A stretch of 64,000 bases of DNA from Octopus vulgaris. Lineage: Eukaryota. Within the stretch, counting starts at the first letter, position 1; the number at the start of each line of letters is the position of its first letter. The notes under the pieces were generated by a model, which did not search any database, had not been told where the DNA came from, and saw only the letters and a list, made by a program, of their open reading frames with translations. The position numbers and the translations under genes were made by a program. Positions 25,870-38,759 of this stretch are shown here, in pieces. The stretch covers positions 107,136,001 to 107,200,000 of the forward strand of contig OX597817.1 in NCBI GenBank assembly GCA_951406725.2. The letters are read 5' to 3'.

Positions 25870-26342
25870 CTAGATTATCAAATATGTCCTTTTCGCTTTT
25901 GACAGAGTGTAATTTGAGTTTGTCTGATATTTCTAGTAAAATTATGTATAGTTGGCTGCACAAAACATGTTTATCTTAGATTATTCTTCCCATCTACACA
26001 ATACCTATATGTAATTTTAACTCTGACTTGGGTGAATCATTACATTAAAAACAAACTTTGAGTTGTTACCCTTGCCTTCAGTTGATTTATGCATTGGTTC
26101 GACAAATATCAACGTCGCCTCAATATAATGTTGTCTTGATAAATAAAACAGTTATAATATTCACTGCAATATATTTGACATTTCTTTTCTCACTGAAAGT
26201 AAACTAATCGTTCCTGAGACTTGTTGAGCTCTGCTCAAACTTGGGTTCTTTCACATCAAACACATGCGATATGAAAACGCGTTTGGATACGACACTGGTT
26301 TGTCATATAGACAGCTTTTTCTACAAGATTAACTGAATTTAG

Positions 26343-27198
26343 GGATCTTTTCCTTTTGAATGGCACTTTGTAACATAATTTATAGTTAACTAAACACTTT
26401 TAAACTTCGTATACTGATAGAATGTATTTATAAAACATCATTTTTTTTTGGCTTTATTGAGAAAATTCTATAGGTTGTAAGATATTTCGTCTTTAATTTC
26501 GAGTATTTTGACAATTTTAACCAATCGCTGGAATCCATTTAGGTAAATAACATTCTGTGCTTAATGAATATGTCCCTCCTTTAAGAAACAGATTGGGTTT
26601 ATTTACATTTGTGAAGAAAAAAAGATACCCTTCCCCAACCCCTAACCCTAAATCTAAAATAGATTGAAATGCAATAGATCGATACTAGGGCCATAATTAT
26701 GGGTGACAATTTCATATGATACCGCTAGAAAAAACTGCCGTTCAAACCGAAAAGATCCCACGCACCTCTCTTCATTTGACACCGCTAGAAAAAAATCCCA
26801 TTTTCCGTAGCGGTGTTGTATGAAATTGTCACCCATAATTATGGCCCTTGTATCGATCTATTGCATTTCAATCTATTTTAGATTTAGGGTTAGGGTTAGG
26901 GGTTGGGGAAGGGTATCTTTTTTTCTTCACAAATGTAAATAAACCCAATCTGTTTCTTAAAGGAGGGACATATTCATTATGCACAGAATGTTATTTACCT
27001 AAATGGAATCCAGCGATTGGTTAAAATTGCCAAAATGCTCGAAATTAAAGACGAAATATGTTACAACATAGAGAATTTTATCAATAAAGCCAAGAAAAAA
27101 TGATGTTTTATAAACACATTCTATCAGTATACAAAGTTTAAAAGTGTTTAGTTAACTAGAAATTGTGTTGAAAAGTGCCGTTCAAACCGAAAAGATCC
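26343..27198. mobile_element. Palindromic compound TIR element with 8-bp TSD
   Basis: Inverted arms of about 385 bp with termini ggatctttt.. and ..aaaagatcc. TSD gaatttag at 26335-26342 and 27199-27206. An extra internal TIR ends at 26758. Confidence 0.88.
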
Positions 27199-28384
27199 GA
27201 ATTTAGCATTGAGGCCAATGAAATATCCATCAAATATCAGTATTACTGTTGGATAATGTGAGTCAACAAAAGTCTCTTCGTAGTGGCTCCACCTGCTAGA
27301 AATAAAAGACAAACCTCCCACAAATCACAACCCAACTGTCTACAAAAGGATATATCGTAATTCTATGTTCCTAGATTTCATGGTTGGAGAGCTTTTGATC
27401 TTACGGTTGCTTGATCAGGGTTTATTTGGGGACTAAATAACAACAATAAATTATACAAGCCAATAAAGAAGCCTTTAGGTGGTCATTCGCCATGTTAGAA
27501 ATAAAAACCAAATTCTCTGTCAAATCATACTTTACAATTTTATAATGAAAGGAACACATTGGATAGTGAGTTTTAGATGTCTGAAAATAAGATAAGGATA
27601 GTCATGACTGAGAAGCTTTTTATCATGAATTTACTAGATCAGAGTTGACCTAGATCAGAGTTGACCTAGATCAGAGTTAACCTGAAATTGCTCAACAACA
27701 GCGAATTGGGCCAGCGAATGTGGATGACTGAAACGCAATACATACACCATAACACTCCTAATATGTGAACAATTTGGCTCTCAGTTGATTGTTCTGTCTC
27801 CTTTCAACTTAATTATATATATAACTTTTCAGTTAGAAAATTAGTTGTTAGTCAACATGACATGGATTAAAATCATGTCAGCATTTTAAGATAACAGGGA
27901 CTAGTTTTAGTTTAAAGTTTAGATGTTGGTTGTATGAAGAGAAATTAACTGGGAAATTATCTACTTAAGAAAATAACTAAACTCTTATGATGTAAATTAA
28001 CAGTGAAAGATGAACTGTGAATATGAAGTCAAATGATCTGTCACAGTAGGTCAGGAATTAGTTAAGTACAGAAGGATGTACCAGGGCAACTCAAGAGACA
28101 TGTTTGAAGCAAAAGAATTGAGAAAGTTACTTAAAATATCAATGTATTTACATAAGAGAAATGGTTGCACTGGTAAAGTGCCTTTTCGATGAAAACTTAT
28201 TTGATTTTTTGGAAAGCAACAATGAAAGAATTTGTAAACAATACTAGGAATAATGTAGTAGATAATTCAGTTAAAAAGGGAGTTCAAGCATCAACGTCAT
28301 CCATAAGAAATGTTTTACAGCAGATCTGTTCATTTATGTCAGCACTGAAAATCAAGGCAGCAGCAAAATGATGAAGACGACCAG

Positions 28385-28423
<39 letters not shown>

Positions 28424-28481
28424 GTTTGTGTGGGGAGGTGATTGTCCTCCAGTTCCACCTAATTTTTATTATATCATTATA

Positions 28482-30108
28482 CAGTTGCAGCCAAAATGTT
28501 CAGAACGGCATTGTTTTCGTCAGAAAAGTAGGTATAATTTTTTATCAAAGTTGTTTTATAGTCTATAATTTTCACAGACAATAAATACGATATTATTTGT
28601 TATTGCCTGAGATTTTGGTGTAATTTGAGAGGATAATACAACAGTTATGGATGATTTAGTGACTTACTGCAAAACCCATGGCGGCCAAAATGATCAGAAC
28701 AGTTGAAAAAATAACAAAATAATCAAAAATGACAGAGAATACTGGAATTATTTAATATTTAGTGTGAAGCCCTTTAGCTTCAATCACACTTTGACATCTT
28801 TGACTACATGAGGAAATTAAATTTTCAATTTCTTGCTGGGTGATCTTATTCCATTCTTCCTGAAGGGCATTCCATAATTGCTTGGTTGTTTTAGGATTTC
28901 TGGCTTTCGAACATTCTCCTAGAATATTCCACACATTTTTAATAGGATTGAGATCTCGGCTTTGAGCAGACCAATCCATAACGATAACCTTTTCAGCCTT
29001 GAGGAAGTTCATGACCACCTTAGCCTTGTGACATGGGGCATTGTCCTGCATGAATATGGGTGGTCGCTTAGTTGAATTTCTCAGCACAGGCAAGACATGA
29101 TCTTTTACAAGTTGTTTATAAACTCCCGCATTTACCTTTCCATGTAATCGCACCAAAGGGCCCACACCATCTCCAGATATCATCCCCAAATCATGACACT
29201 TCCTCCACCGAATTTAACACTAGTCTTAAGGCATTTAGGCGACAATCTTTTACCTATTTTTCGACGAACGTACCTTTTCCCATCTGAGCCAAATAACATA
29301 AACTTAGATTCATCACTGAAATGCACCGTTTGCCATTTTTCTTGAGACCACAACACATGTTCGGTTACAAAAGTAAGACAACACTTTTTATTCTTGGAGC
29401 TGATCAGTGGCTTCACTGCAGGTGCTCTTGCTTGTAGGTCATATTCAACTAAACGACGAGACACAGTTTTTCGAGATAAAGTTTTCTTCAGTACAATGCT
29501 CATTTCCCGAGAAACAGCAGCAGCAGTTTTGAATCTGTCCTTTTTAACCAACTTTACCATAGCACGATCTTCTCTCTTGGTCGTTTTTCTTGGCCTACCT
29601 GTAGACTTTCTTGCTTCACACGAACCACAATCATCGTAGACCTTAAGAATACTGTGAACAACATTTTTGACTTGTTAACAATCTTTGCAATAGACCCAAT
29701 ACTTAAATTATCCTTCTTTCGAAGCTTAATAATCAGCTGACGAATTGGTAACGGAGTAAGTGGCATTATATTAACAAAGTACACTGCAGATATTCTTACT
29801 AATGTTAAGTAAACCAACCGTCACATAAACAAATTCAAAACATTAGAGCTCGCCGGTTAAATATACTAAAACACGGAGTAAAAGCAACCGTTCTGATCAT
29901 TTTGGCCGCCATGGGTTTTGCAGTAAATCACTAAATTATCCATAACTTTTGTATTATCCTCTCAAATTACACCAAAATCTCAGACAATAACAAATAATAT
30001 CGTATTTATCGTCTGTGAAAATTATAGAATATAAAACAACTTTGATAAAAAATTATACCTACTTTTCTGACGAAAACAATGCCGTTCTGAACATTTTGGC
30101 CGCAACAG
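28482..30108 (-). mobile_element. Near full-length Tc1 element with IR/DR-type long TIRs
   Basis: TIRs of about 225 bp start cagttgc, and each contains two copies of gcggccaaaatg(t/a)tcagaac. TA TSD at 28480-28481 and 30109-30110. Confidence 0.93.
28752..29766 (-). pseudogene. Tc1 (DD34E) transposase with two frameshifts
   Basis: Three overlapping ORFs give the HTH N-terminus MPLTPLPIRQLII, VHFSDESKF, FMQDNAPCH and WSAQSRDLNPIKNVW (catalytic E read as K). Confidence 0.9.
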
Positions 30109-30110
30109 TA

Positions 30111-30330
30111 GCTAATGGTGGGTCCTGAGGCCCTCAACGCTTTTTGGCTGGGACTGGCGTACTACACGAAGCATAAAACATCAATCTTCAGCTTTTGTAA
30201 AATAGAGGGCCCCATTGACAATTCTTTAAACGGGCCCCGTACTTCCTAGCTCGAGTATGTGCGCGGGGCCCTGTTTTGGTGCGGGGCACAATTTAAACAA
30301 ATTTGCATAATTGGCTTAAATCCGGCCCTG
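30111..30330. mobile_element. Right part of a hAT-type MITE hosting the Tc1 (left part about 28382-28479)
   Basis: Ends in aatccggccctg, a hAT-like CAGGGCCGG terminus. Candidate 8-bp TSD aagacgac (28374-28381) and aagatgac (30331-30338). Confidence 0.55.
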
Positions 30331-31053
30331 AAGATGACAATGATGAGTCTTAAGATATGAAGAGACTAAATGAAGGAAAAAGTTCAATAAACAATGGAAT
30401 TAAAATTTTTGTTGAACACCCAAATATTTGTCTTGAAAACTCAACGAAAACTATGCCTTAAACTTGACTGCGTTGTTTAACAAGCAGAAAAACCTAGTCA
30501 TAATATTGTGCGAAAATTATACTTAGTGAGTGACTGAGTGGTGGTGGGCTTAGAAATTATCAGAAATTCATTTTGTAGAGTTCATTCGCTGATAGAAGTT
30601 ATTCCCATTAACTTTAGTTAAATGGTAACTTGGAGGCGTTGCTTTAATAGTTTCTCTTTCAAGTAAATCTTTTCTCAAACAGAATGTTCCATACACTAAA
30701 CACTATATATTTGCAATAGACCAAAGAAAATTCTAATCTTGTTTTTCTAATGAGAATTGTTGCTTTCCCTATATATTTAAACCACGTTCACAGAAGAGAC
30801 TTAACTTATAACTTAAAAGATTTGATGTTAAAAAGTGCTCTTTCAGAACATCCGTGCATACATACGTTTTAAAGTTTAGTTACTGTCCTCGCTTCCTTTC
30901 TCTTGTAACAAAGTGATATAGTGTTCTAACAGAACAGATGTTAAAGATGTGTATATAAAAAAGCGGAAATAGAAGAGTCACTACGTTAAGGAACTAAAAA
31001 GACGTATTTCACATTTCAAAGAAAATAATTAACGGTAAAGTGGTTGTTAGTTT

Positions 31054-31067
31054 GTTTCCAGGGAAAC
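31054..31067. promoter_or_regulatory. RFX X-box-like motif, candidate promoter of the C6orf118-like gene
   Basis: GTTTCCAGGGAAAC is a near-palindromic X-box in unique, relatively CpG-retaining sequence upstream of the gene. The TSS is unknown. Confidence 0.4.
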
Positions 31068-33224
31068 CGTGATTCAAGGGACGTAACTGCTTACTCATTA
31101 GCCATTCCATTAATGGAATATTTTCTTAGACCCAAATGAATAAAGTAATATATCATTCAATCGAGCGGTCCATAACATTTATATACCCACTTCACCAGAC
31201 AAATTTAGCTTATCAAATTAATATGGTGTTACAAATGCAGTATAAAATATAAAAGCTTTACATTTAAGTTGTACACATACACAGTGATACTCAACCCAGA
31301 ATCACATAGTTATGAAACAAACTTTTTTTAAACTATACTGCCATGCCAGCACCAAAATTTTAAATGGCTTTATTAATATTATTATTACTTGTTAATTTTT
31401 TTTAGAGCTGTAGCTCAGTAGTGGGAGCTACAATCCTTAATTCAGTGGGATTTAGTGAAACTGTGTGTTCAAGTCTAGCTATATGAAGTTTTCTCTGAAG
31501 ATAGAATATAGTATATTAAGATTTGGTAAAATTTTACCAGGGTAGACATACAATAGCAGAATAGTATTACAGCTATATTATATCTTCCATTTTGTTCCAT
31601 AGTTAAGATAGTTTCCTTCTTGACTTAGAGTGAAAAATAATAGATAACAATTTTCAAGATAGAAAAGGTGACAAATGTATAACAAGTTTTCAAAGATGTC
31701 TCTTAAGACTGCACATTCAAAATACTATGTGAACTATTATACCATCAAAAGAATCATATGTTTCAAAAAAGAAAAAAGAAAAACTAAAAAAACAAAAAGA
31801 ATATCATTTTTTATAAACTTCCAACCGTTGCAGTTTTCAAAATAATCATGAACTTTCATGGGTGCTGCTAGCATTTATAAATACTCAGTCCATGCCATTT
31901 GCTCTTTAAGATGGCAGGATGTAATTTAAGGGAGATGTTGCTGCTATGTCTAGAAGGTAGAGTGATTTCATAGAAGTTATTTCATTGGCTCATTTGTATT
32001 TGTAGGTAGTAATAGCTGCCTATAGAGGTGAGCAAGGTGAACTCAAGTCAAAGCTGGATAGTTGCAGCTCCTCTGCATTTATTATTGGGAGTTATTATTG
32101 TGGGTTTATCTGAAGTTATTTTAACCATTGAATACTTCTGTTACATGGAAGTCTTTCTTGTTGTAAACCATTAAGGTTTAAGTTGCATTTATATCTTAAC
32201 TCAATATACTGTTGTCTTAGTTTTATCTATTTTCATATTCTGTCTAGAACAAAAATTCAAAGAAATATACAACAGAATCTTAAAGGTTGACTGAAACTTC
32301 TAACATCCACCTGAAATAATAATAATAATAAAACATAATATCAGTATTGAAACACATACACAATACTACTCTGCCCACCACCCATCATTTGAGGGGCCTA
32401 GTCTTGCAAGTTACTTGGTTGACCTCACAAAAAAAAAAAATCACCCAATACACACTGTAAAGTGGTTGGTATTAGGAAGGGGATCAATTTGTGGAAGCCA
32501 TGCCAAAGCAGACACGGGAGTTTGGCACAGTCCTGTGGGTTGCCAGTCCCTTTGAACTGGCCAACCCATGCCAGCATGGAAAATGGCTGTTAATTAGCAA
32601 TTATAATGTTGTTCATGATGATAATTTAATCAAATTTATTCCACTTCTCAGTAATGCAAATGAACTGAATCAAAATAGTGAAATGTAATACTGATGCAGT
32701 AACGGCCATATTTTCTTCAGTACATTTCATAATCCATAGAGTTCATCAATGGGTCATTAACTTTACTGTCAGAATGTAATCACTTGCCCTTAACTACTAT
32801 CACATGGCCTACTTGGATGCCCTTATTATTGCAGACATTTGGGCCAAGTCTCTGGTCTGAGGATGACTCCCTTCCATTGAATCATGAAGGTCTTGGAAAA
32901 CGATCATGATGCAAACTTTTCTTCTTTAAAACAATAATGACAAATTATCACGAAGAAAAGTAAGAAATCAAACTTGATGATTTGAGTTATTTGTTGTAAG
33001 ACATTCATTTTTAAAAGAGAGAAGATCTATTATGTTAATCTAAAAGCAAATACTCATGCAATCTCAAGACTTATTTTGGATTGCAGATAATAAGTCTGGT
33101 ACATATTACATTGCTCCATAATTATTAAATTGCTAAATCTTTGATACAACTCTGGATTTAGACTAGTGTAAACACACATATACCTATAATATTATATATA
33201 TATATATATATTCGATCATCTTGT

Positions 33225-33257
<33 letters not shown>

Positions 33258-33379
33258 ATATTATCATTTATTTATAGACTTTATCTCTGTCTTTGATTTG
33301 CAATTGTAGAAAGATTAACTCTGTATTGAGTACTTAACTGAATGCAATCTTCCTTGTTTTTAATAAAGAGAATGTTTGA

Positions 33380-33950
33380 AATAAATGAAGCTAGTATGCT
33401 CTGCTAGATGTGCAATGTTAGTATGCATGTACAACAGTGTGTAAGCACCTTGAGAAAAAAATTGGGTATGAGGCATCAGATGTAGTGTGCAAGAGAGAAG
33501 ACTGTGCTGGTATGGTCATGTGGTGTATATGAATGAGGAAAGCTGTGTAAAGAAGTGCCAATCTCTAACTGTGGAGGTTTCCTGCAGAAAGGCAGACTCA
33601 GAAGGACTTGGGATGAGGTAGTGAGATATGGTTTTCAGATGTTGAGTTTCGTGGAGGTGATGACAAGTAACTGAGACTTTTGGTAATTTTCTGTACTTGA
33701 GAAGATACATCAAACTAAGTGAAATCATAGTTGTGACCAGTGCTGGTGATGTGTAAAAGGCACCCATACCAGTAACACATAAAAGGCACCTGTGTTGGTG
33801 ACATGTCAAAGACACTCAGTACACTCTGTGGAGTGGTTGGTGTTAGGAAAGGATTTCAGCCATAGAAACCAAGCAAAAACAGACTGGAGCTACATTCAAA
33901 CCATTGTATCCATGCCAGCATGGAAAACATATGCTAAATGATGATGATCA
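33380..33950 (+). mobile_element. Degenerate RTE-LINE 3' fragment
   Basis: Homologous to 13380-14190 (NEASML..; RRLCWYGHV) and ends in a (GAT)n-like tail. Confidence 0.75.
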
Positions 33951-35618
33951 TGAGTACCTGGAAGTAATATACATATACATATATATATAGAGGTCAAAGC
34001 CACTTCAGTTAGTGTGTTTAATTTGTTCATTGAACACTGTCATGAATTCCCCCTAAATCACAAAATAAGTGGGTGGGAAAATGTGCCCTGTTTTTCAAAT
34101 CCTGGCAGCAACACTGAAGCTGGAAGCAGGATAATAATCTAATTCTACACTCTATCACATTCAAGAATATAAATGTTTTTAAGCACACACTCATGGAGTC
34201 AAAAAGAAACGCTATCTTTCACCCGGTACTGTTATTCACACAGTGCTCTCTCTTCCTAGTGTGAAGCTTCCTATCTTGGACATGTGAGCAAGCACACAAA
34301 AGCCAAACACCGCATTGCAGGAACCGTGAAGCACACAGTTCTATACAAGGATTTTTGTATTTATTTCATAAATTAGGGGATGGCTACTGACTTTAAGCTT
34401 AAAGATTATATAATGTACAAGTATAAAGAAAGAATTAAAGAAAAAAGGACTCATTATATTGAATGTTATCGAAAATATCAAGTGGAAATAGGGGGTGCTG
34501 CCACTGGTCTCAAAGCAAAATTGTTACAGTATTAGTTACAATGCTGTGCGGAATTTATTTGAGCTCTCTGCACTCTGAGTTCAAATCTCACCAAAGCCAA
34601 CTTTGCTTTTTATCTTTGGGGCAAGGGGTCGATAAATAAAATACTAGTCATGTACTGTGGCTAATTCTTCTTTCTTTTCTCTCACGTTTTTAAAATCAAC
34701 TATAGCTGACATGATGATGTCTTGTAAAAAACATTAAAGAAAAGCCAAGGGAGACCATCTTTGTATTCTACAAAAATTCTATGACGAGATCTATGTGATT
34801 GTTGTGTTACATCACCAGACATCTTTAATCAATCAGATGGCACAAGAGAGCTGATGTCTCCCAGGTTTCTTCAAGCAATGAAACTATGGCTAAGAATCCC
34901 AAGTAAGTATTCTTAGTACTGCTTGCACATTAAGGATGAATGAAAAAGTAAATCCCAACAACAATATTTCTATGAGAAGCAGTGACAATCAGATATTATT
35001 AACTTTGAAAGACATAATGGCAGAACACTGTTACAGAAATCCTATAATCAACAGGATATGAAGCATGTCTGTTATTATGCTTATCAGAAGCTGACAAAAG
35101 AAGAAAATTGAAAAGAAACATTTGTCAAAGCTAAAAACCATATACTTGGCAGACGAACAACAGTAGTAGCAGTGAGAAGAGGTAACCATGGATCTCCCTT
35201 ACAGCAAGACATCTATCCAATCATACTTGAATCTCTCATCACCTGGCATCAAGCCACCTCCCTCAATACAATTCCCCCCACTTCAGTTGAGGGTTTTATT
35301 TTGCAAGAAAGATACTAAAGCTGATCCCAAGTAAAAAGCACCCAGTACACTCTATAAAATGGTTGACATTAGGAAGGATATCTAGTTGCAGAAACCATGT
35401 CAGATCAGACATCAGAACTTGATGCAGTCCTCTGATTTGCCAGCTCCTATTAAAACGTCTAACCTATGACAGCATGCAAAATAGACATTAAATGATGATG
35501 ATGATGATGATGTAAGTTACATTATATTAAAATATAATCAACTTCAACCAATCACACACCTGAAGTATTTGTAATTGTAAATAAAGTAAATAACATGATA
35601 ATTGGCTTTATTACTTAA

Positions 35619-35972
35619 CTAGAAATATCGCCCAGCATTGCTCAGGTTTGTTTCGAGCCTTTAGAATTGGAATTTTTGAAAAGTAAAAATTTTACATTAT
35701 GTAGCTTGTTATTCTCTTTAAGTGAACATTTTTCTGGTTGAAATACACTGAAAAATGGCGACACAGCAATAAAAAAATCGTAAAAAAAAAATAGGGATTT
35801 TCATAGAAAAAAAGCACCTTTTTGATGTAAATAATTTTTGGTGTTAACATGGTCTTCTATCATACTCTCAATTTTGGTCAACTTGCACCGCAGGGTCTCG
35901 GAGGAGATAGTGTTAGTTGAAGGCTACCAAACCTGCCATACGCAGACAACTTCAGCTTTATATATAGAGAGA
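35619..35972 (-). mobile_element. Non-autonomous Helitron
   Basis: On the minus strand it begins a|TCtctctatatataaagctgaag and ends ctgagcaatgctgggcgatattt-CTAG|t. Confidence 0.8.
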
Positions 35973-36253
35973 TTGTGAACTCTAAAGACATAAGATGAAC
36001 ACCATATCGATATATGTAAAGAATATATATTTATTAATAATATGGTAAATACCTATAATATATCTTCAGTTGATTCAATGTACATAATACAAATAAAGGT
36101 ATATAAGGATGAAACAGCAAAAGCTTCAACCTGCATAGTTCCCCGATGTTTTTGTTATTCCAAAGAGTTTCATTGAAGTGAATCTTGAAAAGCAACATTT
36201 ATAAAACAACCAACAGTCTCAATAACTGGTTTACATAATCAAATTTATAAATT

Positions 36254-36525
36254 CTAGAATCGATTAATTGCTGGTTTGATAAAGTTGTCTTTATATTCAC
36301 TTTTGTAACTTAGAATAGGCTCCAAGCCAGCAGCCAACTGGGCAGCTTTTAAGGCTTCCTCTTTACTTAGAGGTTTTGTTTCTTGTTGGTATGCCCTTAA
36401 TGACTCATTAGTCTTTTTCAAAATTTTGCTGTAGGCTGATTCACTTGTATCATTGCAAAAAATAGGTAAAGGATCATGGAGCTCAACTGTTTCTTGAGGA
36501 TAAAGACTGTCGATGGTGAGATAAC
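36254..36525 (-). CDS. Uncharacterised gene 2, last coding exon
   Basis: Acceptor ttttggaacag|gt, phase 1. Encodes GYLTIDSLYPQETVELHD...SYKSEYKDNFIKPAINRF*. Confidence 0.72.
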
Positions 36526-38633
36526 CTGTTCCAAAATAAAACAATACAAACATTTATTACATTTACATCTTATATCCTCATTATTATTGTTAGTATTGTT
36601 TATATTAAACAGATGGTTTAATAAGTCAACCATAATTAAACTCCTTATTAAATAACTGCTGGTTTCCCAGACATAAGTCAAGTGGTTACTCCAGCACAAT
36701 AATAGCAAGAGTAAGGGATGGAAAGAGACGATTTGGCACAAATGATTGGATTTGGAGCCTGCTTTGGTGAAAATAGTCTTTAGCACTGGAAGTAAACATA
36801 TATATGCACATGTGTGTGCAGAAATATACACATACATGCAGGCATACTTACATACATACATAGAGAGAGGGGGAGGGAGAGGGAGAGAGAGGAAAGAGAG
36901 AGAGAGAGATGTCATTACAATTTATTAGCTGAATGCAACTGACATAAACAGATAGAGAGAGAGGAATAAAGGAAAGAGAGATAGACAGACAAAGAGAAAG
37001 AAGAGAGGGAGAGAGAGAACAAAAGAAATATTAAAATGTCTCATGTCAAATAAGTCAGCATTGAATCAGTGATGCCAAATAAGCAGCACCAAGATGGCAG
37101 TACCAAAATGTCTTATATCCAGTAAGGGATATGTGGAAGAAATTCAAGGAACTGGTACTTTTTTTTTAGCACTAAAAAGCAGACCATCTGAAACATGTGA
37201 GAAGCAGACCATCTGAAACATGTGAAGAGAGTGATGCTGCATGGAACTGAGATAAGGGAATTGAATATGAGAAATCTGCAGAGACTGAAGAGAAATAAGA
37301 TGACCATGTTCCATTGGGTGTGTAAGGTTTGCACAAAAAGTGGGACATGATTAAGCTGCAAAGATGGTTAGGCATCAGTAGGAAGGACAACTGTATGGTA
37401 TGGAGATGTGTAAACTGATAATGAATGCTGAATAGAATCAACTGCTGTCAAATGCTAGAGATGTAAAGAGGTCAAATATCTAGAGGCTGTGTTTCCCAGA
37501 TGAGATAACAGTTTGTGACTACTGGTAATATACCGTACAAAGGGTGTGACTAACCCTGGCCAAATAGAAAATGTATGGTAAAACTTCAGTCATACTCAGA
37601 GTCATTATTATGTGTTTCATGTCTGAATTTCAGTGGTTTGTTCTTGAGTTGATATTACAAAGTTGAACTTTAGTATGTAAAATATACTTGCTGGCTGATA
37701 ATTTCCACTGGTTTTGTTTTTGTTTACATTCAACTGGCCTTGAATGAGCTGATTTGTGATTAGAGGCTATTTTTCAGTGTCTTCCTCCTTTTTAAAATGG
37801 TAGGATGTGATATGAGGGAGATTTTACTTATATTTCTAAAATACTGAAAAACCATATAGAGATGTTTCATCATTGGCTCAGTGGTCTGGTTAAGTTTTGT
37901 AGAGGTTAAGATCTCTAGATAAGCATAAATAGGACAAGTTGAAAAAGAAAAACAGGTTGAGAGGAAGATGCACCAGATAAATCAGATGAAAAAGGAACAA
38001 CTTACTAAAAAGATCACTTGCTTTTCACTTTTACTTTTGTGGAAAGATAATGTGGGTGAAGATATTTAGTCAAAAAATCAAGAATTCTTACAGACATCCT
38101 AGTGATTAGTATGAAGTTATTTGTCAACACTACACTCCAACTTTTGTACTATAGATCTACGGTCTTCTCCATCCCTTTCTTATCTATACTACTATAGTGG
38201 CCCCTTCACCTTGAAACTGGATGATCCCATACCACCTCCATACAAATATTTCCAACTTGTCTCTCCTCTTGTCACCAATATTCTTCAAGCTCTGCACCAA
38301 CGTCTTAGCCTGGTCCTTACTCCTTAGAACATTATCCTTCCCAGCTCAGGAACTCCCTCTTGCAGGAATTCTCCCATGACCTATGAAATTGAGTGCCAGT
38401 GAAATTAATTGGTTCAACAGTGAAGCCTTCCTTTTTTATTTTTAAAACTGAATACAATTTTTAATTTATTATCAAAAAGAATATGAAAACTGACAAATTT
38501 CCTTTTTAACATTTAGCATTTTTTTTTTGAAAACATCAATTACGTTATACCACCTCAATTTGGATGTTATTAGAAATTATTCATAAAAATTGATGGAAAC
38601 ATTTATTAGCGTGTTATATATTCTTTTACTTGC

Positions 38634-38759
38634 CTCTTGTGGTCAATTCCGGAAGTAGAGCTGCTCCAGTTCTAAGTTTTGTTCCTAGTACACCTGTTGG
38701 TTTCTCAACAGCACGATTAATCTTTTCAATGGGATTTATTTGTTTAACGGCACCAGGTG
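38634..38759 (-). CDS. Uncharacterised gene 2, exon 5 (GC donor)
   Basis: Acceptor atttcacag and donor AG|GCAAGT. 126 nt, phase 1/1. Encodes APGAVKQINPIEKINR...ALLPELTTR. Confidence 0.7.

Noticed and set aside
26628-26913. True or interstitial telomere
   Set aside because: There are only 1-2 TTAGGG units per arm, embedded symmetrically within a TIR element.
32120-32309. Exon-like segment with a strong minus-strand acceptor (attatttcag|gtgg)
   Set aside because: There is no coherent ORF linking it to either gene. It could be a UTR exon, but this cannot be supported without transcripts.
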